From the NCBI GenBank assembly GCA_965198225.1, contig CBDAOY010000008.1:128001-192000 (forward strand): a stretch of DNA of 64,000 bases. Reading direction: 5' to 3'. Positions 51,442-61,861 of this stretch are shown here, piece after piece. The notes below the pieces were generated by a model. It was given only the letters and a program-made list of their open reading frames with translations, ran no database searches and was not told the DNA's origin. The stretch comes from Terriglobia bacterium (GTDB taxonomy: Bacteria; Acidobacteriota; Terriglobia; 20CM-2-55-15). Position 1 is the first letter of the stretch; each line of letters opens with the position of its first letter. Position numbers and translations under genes: made by a program.

Positions 51442-51717
51442 CTAGTGTCCTGAGTTAGAAATACGTTCACTATCTCCGATGGATGTTGCCACCCGCCGGG
51501 TGGACGTTGAACCGATCGACAACGGGGGTATGCACGCGGCCGGCTCGGCCCTCACAGCCGGCAACTTCCATCGGCCCTGCGGGTTCGGGCGGAACGGCGC
51601 TGTCTTTGGAGTCGCTCCTCCTCGCAATGAATGAGCATTAGCTCGTCGTCGCTCCACCAAATCCAGCGTCGTTGCGCTCCGAAATATAGCAAACGTACGT
51701 CTAACTCAGGACACTAG
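51442..51717 (+). mobile_element. Structured MITE-like element, copy 3 (276 bp)
   Basis: 18-bp perfect TIR CTAGTGTCCTGAGTTAGA extending imperfectly to ~32 bp; the 3' core is shared with copy 1. Confidence 0.82.
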
Positions 51718-51725
51718 GTGCATCG

Positions 51726-53222
51726 TTAGTTGTTTGCGCCCAGCTTCCGCAGCAGGTCCCCGGCCTTCTGCATCTCGGGGGAAGGGCCTCCGCGGCCCCG
51801 GCTTCTCCCTCCTCGCGTCGTCAGGGACAACGGAGTGCGGCCGTCTTTATTCTCCGCGTTCAGGTCTGCACCTCGCTCGGCAAGCAGCTGAATAACTGAA
51901 GTGAATCCACCTGCCGCCGCCCCGTGCAGGGCGGTGTCGCCGGCCTGGTTGACATCCTTCACGTCGGCACCCGCGTCGAGCAGGAGCTCGACGGCTTCCG
52001 CGACGCGGTTCTCGGAGCGGGGGAACTCGAGATATCCGCCGTCCGCCTCGGGGGCTTTGAACACATCCACCGGACGAACCTGGCGCTCGACCCGGATTCC
52101 CGCGGTCACCATCATCGGAGTCGTCCCATCCAGAATGGCGGTCGCCGGATCGGCGCCGCCGGCGATCAATGCCCGCATGATTTCGACTTCAAGATAGTTG
52201 GCGGCCACAAACAGGGGCGTCCCCCCGGCCATCTTGCTCGACAGAGCCCAGTCCAGATCACCGTGCCGACGGACCGGAGAGCCCTTCGTCATCGGCAGAT
52301 TCGGATCCGCACCGTGGGCCAGGAGCGCGTTCACCGCCTGAAGGTTTCCGCTCAGCGCGGCGGCATGCAACGAGGTGAATCCTCCGCCGGCGGCGTTGGG
52401 GTCCGCGTCCGCTTCCAGCAGCAATGACACGACCCGTTCGTGGCCGCCGAACGCTGCTACCACCAGCGCCGAGTGACCGTCGGCCGATGCGGAGTTCACT
52501 TCCGCTCCCGCCCCCAGAAGCAGACGGGCGGAATCCGTATCCCCGACCCGCGCGGCAAACAACAACGGCTTGCTTCCGCCCACCTCCAGCGGGTCCCCGA
52601 TTGCCTCCGATGTCTGTACAAAATCCCGGGTCCCCCGGTCCAGCATGACGATGAGCCCACGCGTGCTCGTGCTGGCATGGACGTCGGCGCCGTATCGGAG
52701 GAGCACCTCGACCACCTCGGCATGTTGCTGCGACACTGCCCACATCAGCGCCGTCTGCCCACGCGCACTCTCATGTGCGTTCACGTCGGCGCTGAACTCC
52801 AGGAGCGCGCTCACCGTGTCGATACTGCCCGTGCGTGCGGCCTGCATGAGCGGTGTCACTCCGGCCTCGCTGCTGGCGTCGGGATCGGCCCCGGCCTGGA
52901 GCAATGTGCCCGCCACGGCGGCGTTCCCGTTCGCCGCGGCCAGGGCGAGTGGCGTGATTCCGAGGTCGGTGGCCGCGTTCACGTTGGCACCCGAGTCGAT
53001 CAGCAGGCCCACGGTCTCCGCATCATCCCGGTAGACCGCCCAGTGCAACGCGGTCGCTCCATCGCCCTCGGTTGCATTCACGTCTGCCTGGCGTTCGAGC
53101 AGAATCCGAACGGCGGATCTGTCGCTCCGCTTGACCGCTTCCACCAGTTGAGTCTGTCCGGCAGCTGCGAGGTTGGGGGCTAGCAGGAGGAGTAAGAGAA
53201 AGGGGGAGAAGAGGCGTTTCAC
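51726..53222 (-). CDS. Exported ankyrin-repeat protein
   Basis: Signal peptide and many GxTALH/TPL..AA...GADVN repeats. Confidence 0.92.
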   Translation of the reverse strand: MKRLFSPFLLLLLLAPNLAAAGQTQLVEAVKRSDRSAVRILLERQADVNATEGDGATALHWAVYRDDAETVGLLIDSGANVNAATDLGITPLALAAANGNAAVAGTLLQAGADPDASSEAGVTPLMQAARTGSIDTVSALLEFSADVNAHESARGQTALMWAVSQQHAEVVEVLLRYGADVHASTSTRGLIVMLDRGTRDFVQTSEAIGDPLEVGGSKPLLFAARVGDTDSARLLLGAGAEVNSASADGHSALVVAAFGGHERVVSLLLEADADPNAAGGGFTSLHAAALSGNLQAVNALLAHGADPNLPMTKGSPVRRHGDLDWALSSKMAGGTPLFVAANYLEVEIMRALIAGGADPATAILDGTTPMMVTAGIRVERQVRPVDVFKAPEADGGYLEFPRSENRVAEAVELLLDAGADVKDVNQAGDTALHGAAAGGFTSVIQLLAERGADLNAENKDGRTPLSLTTRGGRSRGRGGPSPEMQKAGDLLRKLGANN

Positions 53223-53338
53223 GCTTTGTTCACGGGAGAGGGGACAGACACCTGTGTCCACACGTGACGTCATGGCTTACCTCTAGAATCCAGTTTTGGG
53301 ACAGAGGAGTCCGTCCCGTCGCTGCTCCGAACCGTTTG

Positions 53339-54661
53339 TCAATCAATGTTGAGCGGGCCCGTGCTGTCGCCGATCTTTTCGACGGGCGCACCGAGTTTGT
53401 CCAGCAGCGTCATGTGCAGGTTCGCCATCGGAGTCTCGTCAGCAAATCGGATATGGCGCCCTGGCTTGAGCCGACCTGCCCCACCACCGGCCAGCAGGAG
53501 CGGCAGTTTCTTCTGAGAATGGGCATTGCCGTCGCTCATGCCGGCACCGTAGATGATAGCGACTTGATCCAGGAGGGATCCGTCGCCGTCCGGCGTCGCC
53601 GCAAGCTTGTCCAGGTAATACTTGAACAGCGTGACGTGAAACTCGTTGATCCTGGCGCATCGCTCCATCCGTTCCGGATCGTTTCGATGGTGCGATATCG
53701 GGTGATGGGCGTCGGGTACGCCGATTTCCGGGTAGGAGCGGCCGCTCAATTCACGGCCGTACATGAACGTCGCGACGCGCGTCACGTCTCCCTGATAGCC
53801 CAGCACCTGCACGTCGAACATCAACTTCGCGTGTTCTTCAAACGTCGCCGGAATTCCGGACGGTCGGCTTACCGCCGGGAGTTCCACGTTGTATGCAGCG
53901 GCCTTCTGGATGCGCTGTTCGACGTCACGAATGTTCTCCAGGTATCCCTCGAGTTTGGAGCGATCCGCCGGGCCGACCTCCTGCTTCAGGCCGGAGACTT
54001 CCCCGAGCAGCGAATCCAGAATGCTGCCCTTCTCCTCGAGGCGGGCACGCCTGGCGACAGGGTCGGTGGTGTCATCGCCGAACAACCTTTCGAAGGCGGC
54101 CGCCGGGTCGGTCTCCATGGGCAATGGCTCCGTTGGACCGGCCCAGGAGATTGTTCCCGTGTAGATGCAACTCCCATAATCACACACGGTCCCGAACTCC
54201 ACCGACTCCAACGCAAGTTCGAGCGACGGCAATGCGGTGTCCTGGCCTAATACTCTCGCCGCGATCTGGTCCATCGACGTGCCGGCCCGGAGCTTGCGGT
54301 ACGGGAACACATCCGTGAGGAACTTGGTACTGGCTTTCGCATGCGAAAAGTCGGAAGTACCCGGCGGCGGCGGCGGGGTGCTGTCCAGCTCGCTCAACAC
54401 CAGGAGGCGATCCCGAAACGGCTCCAGCGGCTTCAGTATTCGGGTGAACTCGAAGGCCTTCCCGTCGGTCTCTGGAAACCACTGTTGGACCGTAACCCCA
54501 TTTGGTACGTATACCGCGCCGAAGCGCATCACCGGTCTGGCGGGCGTCTGGCCGAGCGCCGTCGCTGCGGGCACCATGGCATCCAGCAGCGGCAAAGCCA
54601 CCGCGGCTCCCAGGCCGCGCAGCAGCGTACGGCGGGAAATAGCCTTCTTCGTGATTATCAT
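53339..54661 (-). CDS. DUF1552 family protein, Tat-like signal
   Basis: SRRTLLRGLG..VALPLLDAM, VYVPNG, SMDQ, HHPISHH and GMSDGNAH; ATGA-coupled to the DUF1592 gene. Confidence 0.9.
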   Translation of the reverse strand: MIITKKAISRRTLLRGLGAAVALPLLDAMVPAATALGQTPARPVMRFGAVYVPNGVTVQQWFPETDGKAFEFTRILKPLEPFRDRLLVLSELDSTPPPPPGTSDFSHAKASTKFLTDVFPYRKLRAGTSMDQIAARVLGQDTALPSLELALESVEFGTVCDYGSCIYTGTISWAGPTEPLPMETDPAAAFERLFGDDTTDPVARRARLEEKGSILDSLLGEVSGLKQEVGPADRSKLEGYLENIRDVEQRIQKAAAYNVELPAVSRPSGIPATFEEHAKLMFDVQVLGYQGDVTRVATFMYGRELSGRSYPEIGVPDAHHPISHHRNDPERMERCARINEFHVTLFKYYLDKLAATPDGDGSLLDQVAIIYGAGMSDGNAHSQKKLPLLLAGGGAGRLKPGRHIRFADETPMANLHMTLLDKLGAPVEKIGDSTGPLNID

Positions 54662-57138
54662 GATGCCGTTCTCCTCATCTGAAATGGGGTGCTGTCGACG
54701 ATTCCCAGAATGATGGATGACCACCGGTAATCGGTATCCGCGGCCTCCCGCATAATCTTGCGGATGGCCGGGTGGTCGTAGTATTCGATCGTGCGGCCCA
54801 GGGCGTAAGTCAGGAGCTTCTCAGTGAAAGTTTTGACGAAATCCTCACGATGGGTCAACAAGAACTTCCGCAACCCCTCGATGCCTTCAATCTGAGAGCC
54901 ATCGGCGAAAACACCGATCGCATCGATCGGAATGCCGTCTCTTTCGGTGCGCCACCGACCGACCCCATCGAAATTCTCGAGTGCGAACCCGACCGGGTCT
55001 ATTCTGACGTGGCAAACCGCACATGCCGGGTTTGCCCGGTGAAGCGCCATCTGCTCTTTCATCGAACGGAGTTGGCCATCCTCGGTCTTCGGCTCCAGGG
55101 CCGGCACCGATGGTGGCGGGGGCGGTGGGGGCATACCCAGTATGTTTTCGAGCAGCCAAACCCCTCGAACCACCGGCGAGGTGCGGTCGGGATAAGACGT
55201 CACCATCAGGATGCTTCCCTGGCCCAGAAGACCGCCACGCTGGGTACCGCCCAACGTCACCCGCCGAAACCGTTCCCCGTAAACTCCCGGTATCTCGTAG
55301 TGCCGCGCCAGCCGCTCGTTGACGAACGTGTAGTCTGCGCTGAGCATCTCGACGACGCCCCGGTCCTCGCGCAGCTGGCTGTCGAGGAACAGTGCGGTTT
55401 CCTCGAGGAAGGCGTGGCGCAGGTTTTCGTCAAAAAGGTCAAACCGGGAGGGGTCCGGTTGCCATGCATGGACTCTCCGGACGGTCAGCCACTGGCCGGC
55501 GAAATTGTCCACCAGTGCCCTCGATCGGGGATCGTTCAGCATGCGACGGACCTGGCGCTCGAGAACCACTGGGTCTCTGAGCTCACCTCGTAGGGCCACA
55601 TCCAGGAGCTCGTTGTCCGGAATGCTGCTCCAGAGGAAGAACGACAGGCGGGACGCCAGTTCGACCTGGCTTATCTGGTGGACCGCGCCCGTGTCCGAGC
55701 CGGGCGGATCGCGTTCGATGCGGTACAGAAAGTTGAAGCTCACCAGGAGCCTCTCGATCGCCTTCTGTATTCCGGACTCGAAGTTCATCTTGCTCCGCCC
55801 GGTCTGGTAGAAGCCGAGAAGGGTTTCTACTTCTTCCTCGGTGACCGGCCGGCGATACGCGCGGCGAGCGAGTCGAGAGAGAATCGTTCTGGCGCAGGGG
55901 GCTTCTTCTACGGCGCTCGTGGGCCGGCACACAAACACCGCCCGGCGGCTCGGAGTGTCCCCCGCCCCCCCGGAAAGATACGGGCCGCCGATGTCGACGC
56001 TCGCCACCGCGGCGTTATCGTCATACAGTTCATCGAAGTGGCGGCCGAAAGTCCTCATTCCGTAGCGCGGCTGAAGAAACCCTTCATCTTCCCATGGGGT
56101 GTCGACGAACGAGACTCCGAGGGTTCGCGTTCCGGCCTGAACCGGAACACGGGCATCCAGGCCCGCGTCCGCCTCATGCATGTACTGCTCCCATTCCAGA
56201 TCTCCGACGATTTCTCCCGTCCACGTCAACGGTCCGGCCAAGCCCGGCGCCTCGCCTCCGACCGTGAATCGGCGAACGCGTTTGCCATCGACACGAACAT
56301 CGATCTGCTGCGGGGAGCCCATTCCCATGATGTAGTCGTAAGCCTGTCGACGCAGGCGCACGCGGATGATGTATTCACCGTCCAGCGGAAAGTGATGGCG
56401 AATCGCCACGCCCCCACGAGATCCGAAGGGCAGGTCTTCACTGACGCGGACGTCTTGATCCAGAACCTCGGAAACCGTGTACTGTTTGAAGCTGGGAACG
56501 ATGCCCATCGTCGGGTCACCCACGGCGAGCCGGCTGACCTTTCGAGCCGCCGACATGTAGCGTTCCAGGTGCGCCGGCGAGAGCGGCAGATTCGAGGCAA
56601 TGTTGTCGAAGCCGGCCTCGGCCTCGTCGGGAAGCGGTAGCGAGTTTCCGTCGACCTCGAGCGCAAGCAGGTCGCGGACGGCGTTCGCGTACTCGGTCTG
56701 ATTCAGGCGATGGACGCCGATCGTGCCGGGTTCCGGATTCGCGGCAGCGACGCGGTCGAGTTCGGTCTCTAACCAGGACAGAATCGAGCGGGACTCTGAC
56801 GCATCCGGCCGCGGCATGCCCGTCGGTGGCATTTGACCCGTGCCCAGCTTGTGCAGGACCTTCTCCCACACTTCCAGGTTGGCGTCCACGTGCTCGACGT
56901 CGATCCCCTCCAGCGTGAGCCCCGCGGTGAGAAGCTGCTCGTTGTGGCACGCGACGCAATTCGCGTCTACGAACTCTCGCTGTGCTGAAGCGCGTCCGGG
57001 GACCGGGCTCGATGGCTCCTGGTGCGTCCGCGTCGGTGGGTTTGCCGGAGGGCTCGCTCCCGTCGTCACCGTGCGGCCATAGCCGAACACCAGCGGAACC
57101 AATAATACCGAAAGCCAGACGGACCTCGTCATCCGCAT
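54658..57138 (-). CDS. DUF1587/1595/1592/1588/1585 cytochrome c protein
   Basis: CVACH, HRLNQTEY, LASRLSFFLWSSIPD, TSPVVRG, CAVCH and LTYALGR. Confidence 0.92.
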   Translation of the reverse strand: MRMTRSVWLSVLLVPLVFGYGRTVTTGASPPANPPTRTHQEPSSPVPGRASAQREFVDANCVACHNEQLLTAGLTLEGIDVEHVDANLEVWEKVLHKLGTGQMPPTGMPRPDASESRSILSWLETELDRVAAANPEPGTIGVHRLNQTEYANAVRDLLALEVDGNSLPLPDEAEAGFDNIASNLPLSPAHLERYMSAARKVSRLAVGDPTMGIVPSFKQYTVSEVLDQDVRVSEDLPFGSRGGVAIRHHFPLDGEYIIRVRLRRQAYDYIMGMGSPQQIDVRVDGKRVRRFTVGGEAPGLAGPLTWTGEIVGDLEWEQYMHEADAGLDARVPVQAGTRTLGVSFVDTPWEDEGFLQPRYGMRTFGRHFDELYDDNAAVASVDIGGPYLSGGAGDTPSRRAVFVCRPTSAVEEAPCARTILSRLARRAYRRPVTEEEVETLLGFYQTGRSKMNFESGIQKAIERLLVSFNFLYRIERDPPGSDTGAVHQISQVELASRLSFFLWSSIPDNELLDVALRGELRDPVVLERQVRRMLNDPRSRALVDNFAGQWLTVRRVHAWQPDPSRFDLFDENLRHAFLEETALFLDSQLREDRGVVEMLSADYTFVNERLARHYEIPGVYGERFRRVTLGGTQRGGLLGQGSILMVTSYPDRTSPVVRGVWLLENILGMPPPPPPPSVPALEPKTEDGQLRSMKEQMALHRANPACAVCHVRIDPVGFALENFDGVGRWRTERDGIPIDAIGVFADGSQIEGIEGLRKFLLTHREDFVKTFTEKLLTYALGRTIEYYDHPAIRKIMREAADTDYRWSSIILGIVDSTPFQMRRTAS

Positions 57139-57408
57139 GTGGTACCTCTCAGAGTGTCGGCTGAGACTCCTGACCGCAATCTAAGTCAGTAGAAACAGGA
57201 CGATTGCACGAATTATACGGATCGGGGAGCACCGGCGTCAATGGGACTCCAAGGTTTGAGGAATTGAAAGAACCCGTGCTGTGCCTTAGACTTTCCGTTA
57301 ATTTCAAAAGTTCCCTAACTGAAACGAGGGAATCGGGTGCGGTTGCCGAGAAGGAGATCGATCGGGCGAGGCAGCCCCTCTTGAAGACTCGAAAAACTGG
57401 AGGTAGGG

Positions 57409-58848
57409 ATGAAGATCCGAACAAGACTCCTGTGGATGCTGGCCCTGGGCGGGCTGGCTACATCGGTCGCCGGTAGCACGCAGAGCCAGGATTCCGTCGC
57501 GCAGTCGGTAGAAAGCCGTCGTTCGCACTACGCCGACATCGCGAAACAGATCTGGGACCTCGCCGAAGTCGGGTATCAGGAGGAACGAAGTTCCCAGCTT
57601 CTGCAGGCCGAGTTGGAGTCGGCGGGCTTTGATGTTCGAAGCGGCGTTGCGGGAATGCCCACGGCTTTCGTTGCGAGCTATGGCGAGGGTTCGCCGGTGA
57701 TCGGCATCCTCGCGGAGTACGACGCTCTTCCCGGACTCTCCCAGGAGGTTGCCGGCGAGCGCGCTCCTATTCCCGGACTGGGCGCCGGCCATGCTTGCGG
57801 CCATCACCTTTTCGGGACGGGTTCGGTTGCCGCGGCCGTCGCTGCGAAAGAATGGCTGCAGCGGTCCGGCACTTCCGGCACGATCCGGCTCTACGGCACG
57901 CCGGCCGAGGAAGGAGGGGCGGGCAAGGTTTACATGGTGCGCGAGAATTTGTTTGAAGATGTCGACGCTGTCCTGGCCTGGCACCCGAGCTCCGCCAACA
58001 ACGCCAGTCCGTCTACCTCGCTGGCCAATATCTCCGCCAAGTTCCGTTTTTACGGGGTTTCGGCTCATGCTGCCGGCGCGCCCGATCAGGGGCGATCCGC
58101 TCTCGACGGCGTGGAGGCCATGAACCACATGGTGAACCTGTTGCGCGAACACGTTCCCCAGGAATCGCGCATCCACTACGTGATCACCAGCGGAGGCTCG
58201 GCTCCGAACGTCGTGCCGGACTTTGCGGAGGTCTACTACTACTGCCGACACCCCGATGTCGAAGTGGCCAAGAGCACGTTCGACCGGATCGTCAAAGCGG
58301 CCGAAGGCGCAGCCATGGGTACAGGCACGACCGTCGAATACGAACGCATTCACGGCCTATACAGCATGTTGCCGAATCACTACCTCGGAAAGCTGCTCGA
58401 CAGCTCTTTGCGCGAAGTCGGCGGCTTCACCTACACGGAGGAGGAAACATCTTTTGCCGAACAGATCCTGACCACGCTGATCCAGCCGGGGATGATCGGC
58501 TCGCAGGAGCAGGTCCGGGAATGGGCGCCGACTGCCGGAAGAGGGTCGACGGACGTTGCAGATGTCAGTTGGGTGGTTCCGACCGCGCAATTCCGGACAG
58601 CGACGTGGGTGCCCGGGACCCCGGCCCACAGCTGGCAGGCCGTCGCCGCCGGAGGCACGAGCATCGGCACGAACGGGATGATGATTGCGGCCAAAACCCT
58701 GGCGGCCACGGCCGTTGAGCTGTTCAGCAACCCGAACCATGTGAAGGAGGGGCTTGCGGAGCTCGAACGTCAGCGCGGAGCGGGTTTCCGCTACGAGGCC
58801 CTGGTCGGTGACCGCGATCCCCCGCTGGACTACCGAAAGAACCCGTAA
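57409..58848 (+). CDS. abgB: M20 amidohydrolase (aminobenzoyl-glutamate hydrolase subunit B-like) with signal peptide
   Basis: EYDALPG, GHACGHH, PAEEGG, GRSALD, GSTDV.DVSW and PAHSWQ. Confidence 0.85.
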   Translation: MKIRTRLLWMLALGGLATSVAGSTQSQDSVAQSVESRRSHYADIAKQIWDLAEVGYQEERSSQLLQAELESAGFDVRSGVAGMPTAFVASYGEGSPVIGILAEYDALPGLSQEVAGERAPIPGLGAGHACGHHLFGTGSVAAAVAAKEWLQRSGTSGTIRLYGTPAEEGGAGKVYMVRENLFEDVDAVLAWHPSSANNASPSTSLANISAKFRFYGVSAHAAGAPDQGRSALDGVEAMNHMVNLLREHVPQESRIHYVITSGGSAPNVVPDFAEVYYYCRHPDVEVAKSTFDRIVKAAEGAAMGTGTTVEYERIHGLYSMLPNHYLGKLLDSSLREVGGFTYTEEETSFAEQILTTLIQPGMIGSQEQVREWAPTAGRGSTDVADVSWVVPTAQFRTATWVPGTPAHSWQAVAAGGTSIGTNGMMIAAKTLAATAVELFSNPNHVKEGLAELERQRGAGFRYEALVGDRDPPLDYRKNP

Positions 58849-58879
58849 GAAAAATGGACAGCGGGGACTTCAGGATCGA

Positions 58880-59057
58880 GTGTAGGTGCGCTCTATGAGC
58901 GCACAGTGTTTCGGTTCGAAGGATGTGCGGTCATAGACCCGCCGGCGAGCCGGTGAAGAGGTCTGGGGAATGAGAGGGCGAAACTTCAGGATCGGGTGTA
59001 GGTGCGCTCTATGAGCGCACATCTCGAAGAATGTGCGGTCATAGACCGCACCTACAC
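58880..59057. repeat. Two REP doublets
   Basis: 58880-58939 (partial) and 58996-59057, between convergent genes. Confidence 0.85.
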
Positions 59058-60064
59058 TAAGGACCCGTGGGTCGGCCGGAAAGGCGCCTTCCCGCCTTGA
59101 CGGCGTCGAAGGCATCCTGATTCCGTCGCTGCATGGTGAACACCTCGAACCCCCGCTCCATCAGGCTCTCGATCTGGTCGGGGTTGTTCGCCGGGTGGCT
59201 GCACGGCACCGTGAACTCCGTGCACGCCGCAATGACGGCCTCAACCGCGGCATCGAAGCCCACCTGGTCGCGCACCCGCTCGCCCGCGGCGTTCGTCGAG
59301 CTGAAAACACGCCCCAGAGTACCGGCGCCGACAATCAGGGTGCTGAGACCCGGAACGGCCGCGATCTCCCGCACGTTCGCGATGCCCTCTCTGCTCTCGA
59401 CGATGGCCCAGAGGACAAGCTCACCGTTGGGACTGATCGGCCACACGTCGGCTCGCTCGAGGTACTCGTCCTCCGTCAGGCCCCAGTAGGCTGCGGCCAG
59501 ACCGATGCCCTCCTCCGGGCGGGTGCCGCCCCTGGAGCGGAAGCGCATCGCGTCGATCGCCTGGCGGACCTCCTCGGCACTCTCCACTTCCTGCATCATG
59601 ATGCCGGCGTGGCCCGCGTTCAACTGGTCGACGATGCGCGCTGCGGCTGCTTCCGGGTTGTCGTGGACGATCGGAATCTTCGAGATGAACGCGTGGTCGC
59701 GCATCGATCCGCCCACGGCGAGCATGGCCTCCATATACCCCGTAAACCTCTCCGCCGAGGCGGGCCGGTAGCTGTTGTACTCGAAGTCACTGACTTTGTA
59801 ACCCACCGTCTCCCGCGCGACGTCCGCCAGCACGGGTTGCGGCAGAGCCGCTGCGGGTCCTCGCCTCGCGCCTCGTCCCCGCCTCGCGCCTCGCGCTCCC
59901 CGAGCGTCGATCGCCGGGTGGGTGACGCCGAACACCGGCAGTCCCTGCTCGTGGAGCACGATCATCGGGTTGAGCCGCTTCGTGTCCTGTTTCTGGGCCG
60001 GTCCCACCATCGGGCTTCCGAGAACGGCCAGCCCGAACACTACGACGATAAAGCTTAAACGCAT
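59057..60064 (-). CDS. HpcH/HpaI aldolase/citrate lyase family protein with signal peptide
   Basis: VESAEEV..AI..MRF, ADVWP..PNGEL and IVESREGIANV.EIAAVPG. Confidence 0.8.
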   Translation of the reverse strand: MRLSFIVVVFGLAVLGSPMVGPAQKQDTKRLNPMIVLHEQGLPVFGVTHPAIDARGARGARRGRGARRGPAAALPQPVLADVARETVGYKVSDFEYNSYRPASAERFTGYMEAMLAVGGSMRDHAFISKIPIVHDNPEAAAARIVDQLNAGHAGIMMQEVESAEEVRQAIDAMRFRSRGGTRPEEGIGLAAAYWGLTEDEYLERADVWPISPNGELVLWAIVESREGIANVREIAAVPGLSTLIVGAGTLGRVFSSTNAAGERVRDQVGFDAAVEAVIAACTEFTVPCSHPANNPDQIESLMERGFEVFTMQRRNQDAFDAVKAGRRLSGRPTGP

Positions 60065-60354
60065 CAGATCTTCCCCCCGCTGGGTCGGCATTGGCACTTT
60101 CGTGACCTGCGATGCTACGCCGGACAGGGAACCGTTGACAAGGATCTCGCGTCAGGCGGAAGCGACTAGAAAAATAGGGTCCGTCGTGACTGACTCTGTC
60201 TTTTTCGTGGGACTCTCCGTCTTCCGCCGGCGGGACAGACTTTGTTTGCTTCCAACCCCTTCCTTTCGTATTATTTGTCCGATTTCCCAACACTCGAAAG
60301 CAAACCCCTGAGAGACGGGATCGCAGCCGGCTCTCGGCAACTGCGGAGGCCGTA

Positions 60355-61161
60355 ATGACAATGAAAGCAAGTCTCAGCCTACTCATCCTGTGCGGTGTGT
60401 GCGCCCTGGCGGCGCTGCCGACGGCCTCGGCCCAGCTTCCCCCGCCGAACGCGACCGGGGTTGCGACCGGGCACATCCACCTGAACGTCGGTGATGTAGA
60501 AGCACAGAAGGAATTCTGGATCGATATGGGCGCCGAGGTGACATCGACAGGTAACCTGGAAATGCTTCGATTCCCGGGAATGTACATCTTGCTCCGGGAC
60601 CGGGAACCGACCGGTCCGTCCGACGGATCTACGGTGAACCACTTCGGGTTTTCAGTCACAGATTACGCCGCGATCCGGTCGAAGCTCATGGCCCGCAACG
60701 TCGATGTCTCGGCCGACAGGGAGGAAAATAAACAGATCACGATTCGGTCCCCGGACGGCGCACTGATCGAGTTCACAGAAGACGATTCGATCGACGTTCC
60801 GATCGCGTTTCACCACATCCACATGGACCATACGGACCAGGAGGGTATACGGGACTGGTACGTCAAGATCTTCGGAGCGGAGTCTTCTTCACGCCGCATC
60901 TGGCCCTCTGCCGTCGTCCCGGGCGGACGCGTCGACGTCCGGAAAGCCGATGCTCCGAGGGAGCCGACCCAGGGTCGAGCGGTTGACCACATCGGTTTCG
61001 AAGTCGCCGACATGGACGCATTCGCCGCCCGCCTGTGCTCCGAAGGCGTCAAATTCGACGTCGAGCCTCGTGAGATACCCCGAATCGGCCTGAAGATCGC
61101 CTTCATTACCGATCCCATCGGGACCTACATCGAGATCACCGAGGGACTGGCAGGGAAGTGA
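60355..61161 (+). CDS. Exported two-domain VOC/glyoxalase protein
   Basis: GHIHL, NHFGF, FHHIH, DHIGFEV and DPIGTYIE; signal peptide. Confidence 0.88.
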   Translation: MTMKASLSLLILCGVCALAALPTASAQLPPPNATGVATGHIHLNVGDVEAQKEFWIDMGAEVTSTGNLEMLRFPGMYILLRDREPTGPSDGSTVNHFGFSVTDYAAIRSKLMARNVDVSADREENKQITIRSPDGALIEFTEDDSIDVPIAFHHIHMDHTDQEGIRDWYVKIFGAESSSRRIWPSAVVPGGRVDVRKADAPREPTQGRAVDHIGFEVADMDAFAARLCSEGVKFDVEPREIPRIGLKIAFITDPIGTYIEITEGLAGK

Positions 61162-61239
61162 GGTCTGAACCCGTTCGAACGCACGCCCGTGCCATCTGTA
61201 TCTGAATACATTAGGCACACGTTGTGATACTCTTGGAGA

Positions 61240-61530
61240 GTGAAGCGGTACAGTTGGGATCCCCAGAAGAACGAGAGGCTGATTGAAGAGCGCGGCATTT
61301 CGTTCGAGGAGATCGTGTTTCACATCGAACGTGGCGACGAAGTGGACATTCTGGAGCACCCAAATCAGGCGCGCTACCCTGGCCAGAGGATTTCAGTCGT
61401 CATCGTCGAAGAGTACGCATACCTCGTGCCCTATTCGGAATCTGACACGGAGATCTTCCTGAAGACGATCATTCCCAGCCGCAAGGCCACAAAGAAATAC
61501 GTTGGAGATAAAGATGAGCAGACTCACTAA
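61240..61530 (+). CDS. BrnT-like toxin
   Basis: WDPQKN...RGISFE, HPN..Y..Q and FLKTIIPSRK. Confidence 0.85.
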   Translation: MKRYSWDPQKNERLIEERGISFEEIVFHIERGDEVDILEHPNQARYPGQRISVVIVEEYAYLVPYSESDTEIFLKTIIPSRKATKKYVGDKDEQTH

Positions 61531-61801
61531 GGAGGAGCGCGAAATCCTGGAAGCGTTCGAGCGCGGCGAACTGAAGTCGGTACGCGGGAAGGTGGCGGCA
61601 ATCAAGAAGCATCGTGAGTATGCGGCGTCGACGTTTCGGAAGGATCGGCGCGTCAACATCAGAATTTCGAGCCGTGACCTCGAAGCACTCCAGAAACGCG
61701 CACTGGTGGAAGGTATCCCCTATCAGACATTGATTGCGAGCGTCCTCCACAAGTTTGTGGATGGACGGCTCAGAGAAAGGGCATCGACGGAGTCGCTGTA
61801 A
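61514..61801 (+). CDS. CopG/BrnA-like antitoxin
   Basis: KDRRVNIRIS..DL...KRA..EGIPYQTLI; overlaps the toxin stop. Confidence 0.85.
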   Translation: MSRLTKEEREILEAFERGELKSVRGKVAAIKKHREYAASTFRKDRRVNIRISSRDLEALQKRALVEGIPYQTLIASVLHKFVDGRLRERASTESL

Positions 61802-61861
61802 CCTGCGACCCGGCGACAAGCTGCGAACGAATTGTGGGAACGGAAACTCCGGGCTTTCCAG

